NCBI GenBank assembly: GCA_038255465.1 | Contig: JBBSLJ010000003.1 | Location: 285 to 64,284, forward strand | Reading direction: 5' to 3' | DNA: 64,000 nucleotides | Source: Candidatus Saccharimonadales bacterium | GTDB lineage: Bacteria; Patescibacteriota; Saccharimonadia; Saccharimonadales; JACDFO01 | Part shown: positions 56,695 through 64,000 of the stretch, one piece after another | How positions within the stretch are numbered: position 1 is the first letter of the stretch | Layout: each line of letters opens with the position of its first letter | Notes under the pieces: model-generated | The model's input: the letters and a program-made list of their open reading frames with translations, nothing else | What the model was told of the DNA's origin: nothing | Databases searched by the model: none | Made by a program: the position numbers and the translations under genes

Positions 56695-57990
56695 ATGACA
56701 AAATACCGATTTCCGAAGCACTTCATGTGGGGTGTGAGCACCTCGAGTCATCAGGTAGAAGGCGGCACAGAAAACAACTGGTCAGTCTGGGAGCTGGCCA
56801 ATGCCAAAGAACTGGCCCAGAATGCTCATCGCCGTACGCTGCCCAGCGGCGCCTTCCGATTATTCAGTCAGTTGCCACCTTGGAATGAAATTAAATCGGA
56901 AGCCGAAGATCCAGCTAATTATATTTCTGGGCGCGGGGTTGATCATTACAACCGGTTCAAAGAAGATTTTGATTTGGCCAAAAAACTCAATATGAATGCT
57001 TTCCGGTTTAGCCTAGAATGGTCACGAATTGAGCCAGAGGAAGGCAAGTGGGATGAGGAAGCAATCGCTCATTATAAGACCTACATAGCCGAGCTCCGCA
57101 AACGGCATATGGAACCGATGATGAATATTTGGCATTGGACAATGCCAACCTGGTTTACCGACAAGGGTGGGTTTGAGAAAAGGGCTAATCTGCGCTATTT
57201 TGAGCGATTTGTCGAAAAAGTAGCCAGCTCACTGCTTGATGACGTGCTGTATGTCATTACGCTCAACGAGCCTAACGTGTATGCTTCATTTAGTTACATT
57301 CTTGGTGAGTGGCCGCCGCAGCGAAAAAACTTTTTTAAGTTTGCAAAGGTCTACTGGAATCTAACGCGTGCGCACAGGCGGGCATATTATATTCTTAAGA
57401 AACACAAGTCTTGTCTGCAGGTCGGTTTAGCACCGCAGTTATCGAATATTCAGGCAAAGCGGCCGCACAATGTGCTGGATGAAGCTACAACAAAAGCAAT
57501 GCGCTACTTTTGGAATTGGTGGTTCTTACACCGTACCCGCAAGGAACAGGACTTCATTGGCGTCAACTACTATTTTACAGATTATTATAGGTGGAATAAT
57601 GGCATGAAACCGCAGGATCCGGATGTACCGTCGAGTGATCTTGGCTGGTATCTTGAGCCCGAAGGCTTGTATCCCATTCTGCTCAGAGCCTGGGCCCGTT
57701 ATAAACGCCCGATTTTTATAACCGAAAACGGGCTCGCAGATCGACATGATGAGTACCGTCAGTGGTGGATTGAAGAGACATTAATCGCGATGGAGCGGGC
57801 TATTAGCGAAGGGGTTGATGTTCGTGGCTACTTTCACTGGAGTCTGCTTGATAATTTTGAATGGTCGTTCGGCTGGTGGCCAAAGTTTGGTTTGATAGAG
57901 GTCGACCGAAAACACGGCATGAAACGTACCATTCGGCCAAGTGCACTTTGGTTTGGCAAAACAATAGAACAAATTCGCAAAAACAGTTAA
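56695..57990 (+). CDS. glycoside hydrolase family 1 (beta-glucosidase-like)
   Basis: FMWGVSTSSHQVEGG, TLNEPN (acid/base Glu) and ITENG (nucleophile Glu). Confidence 0.85.
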   Translation: MTKYRFPKHFMWGVSTSSHQVEGGTENNWSVWELANAKELAQNAHRRTLPSGAFRLFSQLPPWNEIKSEAEDPANYISGRGVDHYNRFKEDFDLAKKLNMNAFRFSLEWSRIEPEEGKWDEEAIAHYKTYIAELRKRHMEPMMNIWHWTMPTWFTDKGGFEKRANLRYFERFVEKVASSLLDDVLYVITLNEPNVYASFSYILGEWPPQRKNFFKFAKVYWNLTRAHRRAYYILKKHKSCLQVGLAPQLSNIQAKRPHNVLDEATTKAMRYFWNWWFLHRTRKEQDFIGVNYYFTDYYRWNNGMKPQDPDVPSSDLGWYLEPEGLYPILLRAWARYKRPIFITENGLADRHDEYRQWWIEETLIAMERAISEGVDVRGYFHWSLLDNFEWSFGWWPKFGLIEVDRKHGMKRTIRPSALWFGKTIEQIRKNS

Positions 57991-58231
57991 TCCCTATGAC
58001 TATGCGCGCTTTGTATGGTAAAATTTTTTTTATGTTTCCAGACAAATACAAACACCATAGCCGTCGTCAAAAAAGTGTAATCCAGCGAATCCTCGGCAAG
58101 CTTGTCGCTATGCTTACGGGCCATAAACCAGCCCAAGAGTCCAACAGCTGGATGGCTTAATAAGCAACTAATACTGCGACAAATAAACAACCGCAAACGC
58201 CGCCAGTACTGTTATTTTGTATGCCATCACA

Positions 58232-58260
58232 TTGACAAAACATAAACAGTATGATAATAT
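58232..58260 (+). promoter_or_regulatory. sigma70-type promoter; -10 box ends 9 nt before the ATG (near-leaderless)
   Basis: TTGACA (58232-58237), a 17-nt spacer, then TAATAT (58255-58260). The ATG is at 58270. Confidence 0.6.
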
Positions 58261-58269
58261 CTTGGTAGT

Positions 58270-58662
58270 ATGATATACCAAGAAACAAAAACCAGAACCC
58301 AAGATATAAATCCCGGCCATCGTCGGTATAGTCGCCGCCCTAACTATGCTGCTCGTAGAGCGGGGGCCGTGCTTTTAACAGGTATGGTACTTTTCCCAGT
58401 AGCTAAAGTGTTGGCCGAAAGAGTTAGCAATATTGTGGGCGAGCCTGTTCCCACGCTCCAAAGCGGGGATCCAAACAACGAGACCGTTACCGTACAGCCA
58501 GCAGATACAGCCTGGAATATTGCTAGAACAAGAACAACCGGCGACATTAGACCGCTTGTTTCGGCGATTATGGATCAGCCGGATGCGCAAAATGGTTTGC
58601 AGCCTGGCGATAAACTCGTTGTCCCAACTACCGTCCAGCCCAATGAACCCCGCAACGGCTAG
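58270..58662 (+). CDS. membrane-anchored LysM-like domain protein
   Basis: TM (AVLLTGMVLFPVA) followed by VTVQPADTAWNIA...LQPGDKLVVP, a LysM-like pattern. Confidence 0.55.
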   Translation: MIYQETKTRTQDINPGHRRYSRRPNYAARRAGAVLLTGMVLFPVAKVLAERVSNIVGEPVPTLQSGDPNNETVTVQPADTAWNIARTRTTGDIRPLVSAIMDQPDAQNGLQPGDKLVVPTTVQPNEPRNG

Positions 58663-58684
58663 TAGTGTTGCTTATGTTACCTAA

Positions 58685-58715
58685 CCCACCACATATGTGG
58701 TGGGTTTTGCTTTTG
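58685..58715 (+). terminator. rho-independent terminator
   Basis: Perfect 20-bp palindrome CCCACCACATATGTGGTGGG followed by TTTTGCTTTTG. Confidence 0.75.
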
Positions 58716-58775
58716 TGTATAAAGATGTGGATAAGTGGGAGGGTTACTTCATTTTGTAGGTTAAAGTGCTTGCAT

Positions 58776-58821
58776 GTGGGACATAGTGGGTAGTAGACTG
58801 ATGTCAGTGGGTAATCGTGGA
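58776..58821 (+). promoter_or_regulatory. putative MraZ operator (GTGGG direct repeats with 10-nt phasing)
   Basis: GTGGG at 58776, 58786 and 58807, and GTGGA at 58817. They lie 70-115 nt upstream of the mraZ ATG. Further GTGG(A/G) copies occur at 58727 and 58735. Confidence 0.5.
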
Positions 58822-58890
58822 TAGCAAAAACAACTATCAAAATCACGAACAAAAATAAAAAAAACCACTGTAATTTAACTATAAGAGGCT

Positions 58891-59253
58891 ATGGGAACTG
58901 TAGACTACTTCGAACGGAAGCTTGACGACAAGCGGCGGTTAACTATACCGACCGAACTTCGAGACAAGTTCATAAGTGGTGCTGTTGTTACCCGTGGCTT
59001 TGGCAACTATTTGCATCTGTACCCAAAACACGTTTGGGACGAGCAAGTAGAACCCCGTTTAGCAGGCGACATCTTAGATGAACGCATTGCTGACCTAAAC
59101 GTTCAGTTTAGGATGGGGAAAGTCGAAGTCGCCTTGGATGGCAAGCAAGGCCGTATCACGCTAGAGCAGCATTTGCTGGACTATGCGGGGATAGATAAGG
59201 ATCTTATTGCTGTCGGTGTCGGTCATTATTGGCGAATAATGGCTAAGAGTTAA
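58891..59253 (+). CDS. mraZ: transcriptional regulator MraZ (short, 120 aa)
   Basis: FERKLDDKRRLTIPTELRDKF and LDGKQGRITLEQHLLDYAGI, the two SpoVT/AbrB-like DxxxR repeats. Confidence 0.85.
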   Translation: MGTVDYFERKLDDKRRLTIPTELRDKFISGAVVTRGFGNYLHLYPKHVWDEQVEPRLAGDILDERIADLNVQFRMGKVEVALDGKQGRITLEQHLLDYAGIDKDLIAVGVGHYWRIMAKS

Positions 59254-59804
59254 ACTACGCCGCCCCTTAACAAACTGGTACCGATGCACAATAAGCATAA
59301 GTACCGGGTCAGCCACTGACAGAAATATCAATCTGTTCTTTATTGCAGCTTGCTGCGGGAAGAGCAGCCAGACAAAATGTGAACCATTTTGCCTGCGCGA
59401 AGAGAAACCCTGCAAGGGTGTCTCATGGTAGTTACCTGTCTGGCAATCAGCATATGGACTTGAGAAGGCAACCATATAAAAAACCTTCGTACCTTACACT
59501 AAAACACCTCCCAAAACTCCACCTCACACATAAGTCTCTCAAAAACTTTGTTCTTAACCAGTGAAGGAAATCCTTTGGACATAAAGTCTCTAGACTTCTC
59601 TCGCATACTGTTAAGAACTACACAAAAACAAAAACAACCAAAATACAAAAAGCTGATTGCTGGACAGGTGACCTTGTAAAACAAAAACAAACAAGTGCCA
59701 ATCATGATTTCAAAAAAGGAAGCGTGAGCGGCAAGCACCAAAAATTACCTAAATCTTTTTTAAAGATGCGGGTTACGCCAAAACAAACTATACTTTCTCT
59801 AGCA

Positions 59805-60713
59805 ATGGAGAATACAAAACACTTTCCAGTCTTAGTAGACGAAGTGATCAAGTACCTGGACCCGAAAGAAGGGGAGTCGTTTCTCGACTTAACGGCAGGG
59901 TACGGCGGTCACGCGTCTGAAGTTCTGGAACGCACCTTTTCAAAAGAAGCCACGTCCAAAGGACATGGTCTCCATGCATCTCTCGTAGATCGCGATCAAA
60001 ACGCAATTGCTCATTTGAGTGAGCGGTTTAAGGACAAGGGCGTAGAAATAATCCACGATGATTATTTTGCGGCCGCCGAAAAACTGCATGCTCAAGGACG
60101 ACAATTCGACATAGTTTTGGCTGATTTAGGTGTGTCGTCACCACACCTTGATACTGCGACCCGAGGGTTTAGTATCCGATTGGATGGACCGCTAGATATG
60201 CGAATGGATGAGCGTCAAAAGCTGACAGCCGAGGAGATAATTAATAGTTATCCCGAGGAAGAGTTACGGCGTATAATCCGGACGTACGGTGAAGAGCCGC
60301 GGGCAACAAAAATTGCCAGGTATATAGTGGAACGCCGGCCGGTCCACTCAACTCACGAGTTAGCGGCTATCGTTGCCCACGCTTGGTCGGGGCCTAAACG
60401 TAAGGTACATCCAGCCACACGGACGTTCCAAGCGCTCCGGATGGCGGTAAATGACGAGCTGGATCTTCTGGCAAAGGCATTACCGATTTGGATAGACTTA
60501 CTGGCCCCGAGAGGGCGAATAGCGGTTATCAGTTTCCATAGTTTGGAAGACCGGTTAGTTAAACAGACGTTTAAAGAACTGGCTGGTGATCGCTACGACG
60601 CTCCCTTACGGTTACTTACAAAACAAGTAGTAACTGCAAGCGACGATGAATTAGTTTCCAATCCGCGAGCACGTTCTGCAAAGTTACGAGCCGCAGCAAA
60701 AATAAAAATATAA
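59805..60713 (+). CDS. rsmH: 16S rRNA (cytosine1402-N4)-methyltransferase
   Basis: MENTKHFPVLVDEV...DLTAGYGGHAS aligns with the usual RsmH N-terminus. An alternative GTG at 59724 with an AGGAAG SD would add 27 aa. Confidence 0.85.
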   Translation: MENTKHFPVLVDEVIKYLDPKEGESFLDLTAGYGGHASEVLERTFSKEATSKGHGLHASLVDRDQNAIAHLSERFKDKGVEIIHDDYFAAAEKLHAQGRQFDIVLADLGVSSPHLDTATRGFSIRLDGPLDMRMDERQKLTAEEIINSYPEEELRRIIRTYGEEPRATKIARYIVERRPVHSTHELAAIVAHAWSGPKRKVHPATRTFQALRMAVNDELDLLAKALPIWIDLLAPRGRIAVISFHSLEDRLVKQTFKELAGDRYDAPLRLLTKQVVTASDDELVSNPRARSAKLRAAAKIKI

Positions 60714-60900
60714 AGAAAGGGAAAGATATGCCAATTCAGGTAAAAAACCTTTCCCGTGCTTATAAGGTAAAAGTCCGTATCGGATAATCCTTATAAGGCC
60801 AGCCCGGCCTCTGCTTGCAGAGGCCGGGATCGAAGAAAGACACGCGCGTCAGATACATGCGCGAAAATATTAAAATAACAAAAACAAAAAATAAATATAT

Positions 60901-61248
60901 ATGACATATTCAAGTTCACTGGCTGTAAGCCGTCAGCGCTATGCAAGCCGTAATCAAAACACCGCTACCTTTAAAACCAAAGAGCAGGCAATTGGGCCGG
61001 TTAGCAACACCGTTATATTAATTATTCTGGCTTGCTTGCTCGGACTGCTTTATTTGACGCAGGTTACTAAAACGAACGCGTTTAGCTATAAGATCAATGA
61101 TCTTAAGCAAAAGCAGACATCATTGCAAAGTGAGCACGAACAACTGGTTGTTGATTCAGCGCGTCTGCAAAGTCTTGAGCGTGTTAAGAACAGTGAAACA
61201 GCACAAAAGCTTGTAGAAGCAACCCCAGTAGCTACGATTACTAATTAA
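60901..61248 (+). CDS. ftsL: FtsL-like cell division protein
   Basis: The 115-aa bitopic protein has a TM (VILIILACLLGLLYLTQV) followed by a coiled coil. It sits between rsmH and ftsI. Confidence 0.6.
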   Translation: MTYSSSLAVSRQRYASRNQNTATFKTKEQAIGPVSNTVILIILACLLGLLYLTQVTKTNAFSYKINDLKQKQTSLQSEHEQLVVDSARLQSLERVKNSETAQKLVEATPVATITN

Positions 61249-61257
61249 GGAAAGCCT

Positions 61258-63036
61258 ATGCGATCACCGGCGCCTACATCGCGTTTTGCATTATCAGGGT
61301 TATCGCGCATACGACTGTGGTATGCGTTTTTGTTAGTGTTGTCGGGAGTTTTTATTCTAAGGTTGTTTTACCTACAAGTAATCCGGCACGATTATTATGA
61401 GAAAGAAGCACTGACGAAGCAGCTTAAGGCGTATGATATTCCGGCTAGCCGCGGTGTGATAGAGGCGACACTTAATGGGTCTCGGGTGCCTATTGTTCTC
61501 AATGAAATTAAATACACGCTGTATGCCGACCCGGTGTATATAACCAAGCATAAAGAAGCTGCCGACGCGATTGCGCGGATTATTGGCGGTACCGCTAATG
61601 ATTATGAAACCCAGCTGCGGACTGAGGGCACTCGCTACGTGGTACTGGCTAAAAAGCTTGATAAAGACAAAGCCGATGAACTGGATAAACTGAAATTCAA
61701 AGGGATCGGCACTCGTGAGGCCAGTTATCGGACCTATCCGCAAGGTACCTTGGCCGCACAGCTTATAGGATTTGTGAATGACGAGGGCGTAGGCAAGTAT
61801 GGTCTTGAAGAGGCGCTCAATAATCGGCTCAAAGGTCAGCCAGGCAGACTGCGGGCCATTACCGATGCACAAGGGGTGCCGCTCGCCAGCAATAAAGATA
61901 ATATTGTAATTGAGCCACAGTCAGGCGATAAACTGGTGCTCACAATTGACCTGGGTATTCAGCAACAAGCCGAGGAAGCACTAAAAAAGGGCTTAGAGCG
62001 TGCCAAATCAGATTCTGGCAATATTCTGGTGCTGGATGCGCAGACGGGTGCAGTTAAGGCGATGGCTAATTATCCGACCTACAATCCGGCAGAGTTCTCT
62101 AAAGTCGAAGACGGTAACGTGTTTAATAATGGCGTGGTCAGCGCACCGTTAGAAGTCGGTTCAATTATGAAACCATTGACGGCGGCAGCCGCACTTGACC
62201 TCGGCGTAGTAGGGCAGGATACGACTTATTATGATCCGGGCTCATTCAAAATTGGTGACGCACGTATTACTAACATTGAAGAAGTAGGCGGTGCTGGCAC
62301 AAAGAGTATTGCCGATATTCTTCAACAATCACTTAATACCGGGGCAACCTGGTTGCTCATGCAAATGGGCGGCGGTGAAATAAATCGCCAGGCTCGCGAA
62401 CGGTGGCATGATTACATGGTCAACCATTACGGGTTTGGCGCACCAACAGGAATTGAACAGGGCTATGAAGCCGGCGGATCTATACCTGACCCAAATGACG
62501 GCTTTGGACTGGATATTCAATATGCAAACACTGCTTTTGGACAGGGAATGACCGCCACGCCACTGCAGATGGGGGCGGCATTGGCTGCTGTGATTAATGG
62601 CGGGACCTATTACCAACCTAGGTTGCTGGACATGTATGTCAAACATGATGGCAAAGAAGAACCAGTCGCGCCAAAGGCAACACGACAGAACGTCGTAGCT
62701 GCCAGTGTTGGTCAGTCACTGCGTGAACTGATGGAATATGCATATAGCAAGAACCATTTAGCTTATGGCGCCAAATCGGTACCACAGGACTATGCCATCG
62801 GAGCCAAAACCGGTACAGCACAAGTTCCTAAGCCCGAAGGTGGCTATTATGATGATCGATTCAATGGAACGTTTATGGGGTATATCGGTGGCGACAAACC
62901 GCAGTACGTAATTGTAATTCGGGTTAATGAGCCAAAAATCGGGGGTTATGCCGGTTCACGGGCCGCCGGGCCGATCTTTACCGGGTTTATCGAAAGTCTG
63001 ATCAATAGCGGTGGCGTAACTCCAAAAGCGAACTAA
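61258..63036 (+). CDS. ftsI: class B penicillin-binding protein (FtsI/PBP2-type transpeptidase)
   Basis: SIMKP (SxxK), SLN (SxN) and KTGTA (KTG), with an N-terminal TM and a dimerisation domain. Confidence 0.85.
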   Translation: MRSPAPTSRFALSGLSRIRLWYAFLLVLSGVFILRLFYLQVIRHDYYEKEALTKQLKAYDIPASRGVIEATLNGSRVPIVLNEIKYTLYADPVYITKHKEAADAIARIIGGTANDYETQLRTEGTRYVVLAKKLDKDKADELDKLKFKGIGTREASYRTYPQGTLAAQLIGFVNDEGVGKYGLEEALNNRLKGQPGRLRAITDAQGVPLASNKDNIVIEPQSGDKLVLTIDLGIQQQAEEALKKGLERAKSDSGNILVLDAQTGAVKAMANYPTYNPAEFSKVEDGNVFNNGVVSAPLEVGSIMKPLTAAAALDLGVVGQDTTYYDPGSFKIGDARITNIEEVGGAGTKSIADILQQSLNTGATWLLMQMGGGEINRQARERWHDYMVNHYGFGAPTGIEQGYEAGGSIPDPNDGFGLDIQYANTAFGQGMTATPLQMGAALAAVINGGTYYQPRLLDMYVKHDGKEEPVAPKATRQNVVAASVGQSLRELMEYAYSKNHLAYGAKSVPQDYAIGAKTGTAQVPKPEGGYYDDRFNGTFMGYIGGDKPQYVIVIRVNEPKIGGYAGSRAAGPIFTGFIESLINSGGVTPKAN

Positions 63037-63176
63037 AAAGGTATAATTGTATAAACATGTCAAACTTACTAAACTTTAAACCTACATTGTCGCCGATTAT
63101 TCGAAAATCTATGCGACTTTGGGTTATGAGTTGCCACGTTGCCACTGCTAATTTGATAGTGGTGGGGAGCAAATAA

Positions 63177-64000
63177 ATGCGCCCTAATGCCACTAGACGG
63201 GCGTCGGCTTATGACCGTGATACAAACCAACGGCGACACAAGCCGGATTACATGTTGGTGCTGGCTAGCGCGCTGTTATTATCTTTGGGTCTGATTGTAG
63301 TGTATGCCATTAGCCCGGGCTTGGCTGCTCAGCGGTCCTTAAGTGACAACTATTACATTACCAAACAACTGACAGCAATCCTGATCGGCATAGTTGCTTT
63401 TTTGGTCGCCTCAAACATACCCTTGCGTCGCTGGAAGAATCTTCAAACGCCACTTTTAGTGGCCGCCGGGGTGGCTACCTTAATTGCCTTAGTACTGCCC
63501 GTAACGCCTGAGTATCCGGCGCATCGCTGGATACGTTTTGCCGGCTTATCTTTGCAGTCAGTCGAGCCGATAAAAATTGCTTTACTGGTTTGTCTGGCGG
63601 CTTTTTTAACGAAGCGCTTCAAAGACGGCACAATTAACGATGCAAGGCTAACCTACAAGCCTTTGTTAGTTATATTTGGTGCGTTAGGCTTCGTGGTGGG
63701 CGTGTTGCAAAGTGATTTAGGGTCTGCTGTCGTACTGGTTGCAATGGCAATTTTTATGGTGTTTGTTGCAGGCTTACCGTTTAAACGTCTGATCGTTCTA
63801 ATAGGCATATTAGCTATAAGTTTCGGTCTGCTGGTATTACCGTTTAGCTATCGCCGAGATAGAGTCGCGACATTTATTAATCCTGAACGAGACTGTCAGG
63901 TAGCGGGCTATCAAGCTTGTCAGGCACTAATAGCGGTTGGATCTGGCGGGATGTTCGGTAAAGGACTGGCTCATAGCGGGCAGGCTTATGGCTATGTTCC
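63177..64000 (+). CDS. ftsW: SEDS family protein FtsW/RodA (5' part; runs off the window)
   Basis: Not in the ORF track because it is open-ended. From the ATG at 63177 it reads MRPNATRR...YMLVLASALLLSLGLIVVYAIS...SLQSVEPIKIALLV...ALIAVGSGGMFGKGL. Confidence 0.85.
   Translation, partial: MRPNATRRASAYDRDTNQRRHKPDYMLVLASALLLSLGLIVVYAISPGLAAQRSLSDNYYITKQLTAILIGIVAFLVASNIPLRRWKNLQTPLLVAAGVATLIALVLPVTPEYPAHRWIRFAGLSLQSVEPIKIALLVCLAAFLTKRFKDGTINDARLTYKPLLVIFGALGFVVGVLQSDLGSAVVLVAMAIFMVFVAGLPFKRLIVLIGILAISFGLLVLPFSYRRDRVATFINPERDCQVAGYQACQALIAVGSGGMFGKGLAHSGQAYGYV

Noticed and set aside
59330-59450. GGGAAGAGCAGCC resembling the SRP RNA helix-8 motif (GGAAG..AGCAGCC)
   Set aside because: There is no proper GNRA tetraloop with a closing pair, no matching 5' GGUCAGG-type strand, and no terminal closing helix. 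The evidence is insufficient to call ffs.
59724-59804. GTG-initiated 27-aa N-terminal extension of rsmH
   Set aside because: The extension is not homologous to RsmH N-termini, and MENTKHFPVLVDEV aligns with the canonical start. It is kept only as an alternative because an AGGAAG SD precedes the GTG.
1-64000. Scan by eye of all spacers longer than 80 bp for tRNA, rRNA, tmRNA, RNase P, CRISPR repeats, IS elements or integrases
   Set aside because: None was recognised. This is a manual inspection, and tRNAscan, Infernal and ISfinder-type searches were not run, so small RNAs could have been missed.

Overview
The window is a compact, gene-dense (about 90% coding) bacterial chromosome segment, mostly on the + strand, with many 1-8 nt gene overlaps. 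The content is almost entirely housekeeping.

- **Translation:** prfA (partial), rpmE, rpsB-tsf-frr, proS, lysS, serS, glyQS, hpf, prfB and rpmA.
- **Export, envelope and division:** secA, uppS, rseP, ftsE-ftsX followed by two coiled-coil/CHAP hydrolases, an S41 peptidase, and mraZ-rsmH-ftsL-ftsI-ftsW.
- **Nucleic-acid maintenance:** greA, xseAB, recO, rsmE and RNA methyltransferases.
- **Other:** pyrG and about 15 hypothetical or membrane proteins.

Shortened conserved operons (no pyrH or cdsA, no mur genes between ftsI and ftsW), many small membrane orphans and the overall protein flavour suggest a reduced-genome Patescibacteria/CPR organism, Saccharibacteria-like. That placement is inference only. 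RF1 and RF2 are both present and TGA is used as a stop, so the standard code 11 applies. By eye I found no rRNA, tRNA, CRISPR array, transposase or integrase.

Most notable observations:
1. Two diverged inverted copies of a ~262-nt multi-hairpin element keep their structure through compensatory stem changes. They bracket a 2-gene cassette between the tandem PcsB-like genes, and each carries a conserved SD plus an 11-codon Pro-rich micro-ORF.
2. A heliorhodopsin-like 7TM protein retains the TM7 lysine, lacks the canonical counterion and His residues, and has a Lys-rich N-terminal tail.
3. An orphan Pup-ligase/deamidase (PafA/Dop) homolog has no Pup or proteasome genes nearby.
4. A kinase-like/receiver-like pair has Glu in place of both phospho-acceptor residues.
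5. A -10 box sits 6-10 nt upstream of many start codons, suggesting widespread leaderless mRNAs.

All calls rest on reading the translations and sequence by eye. No searches or computations were run.
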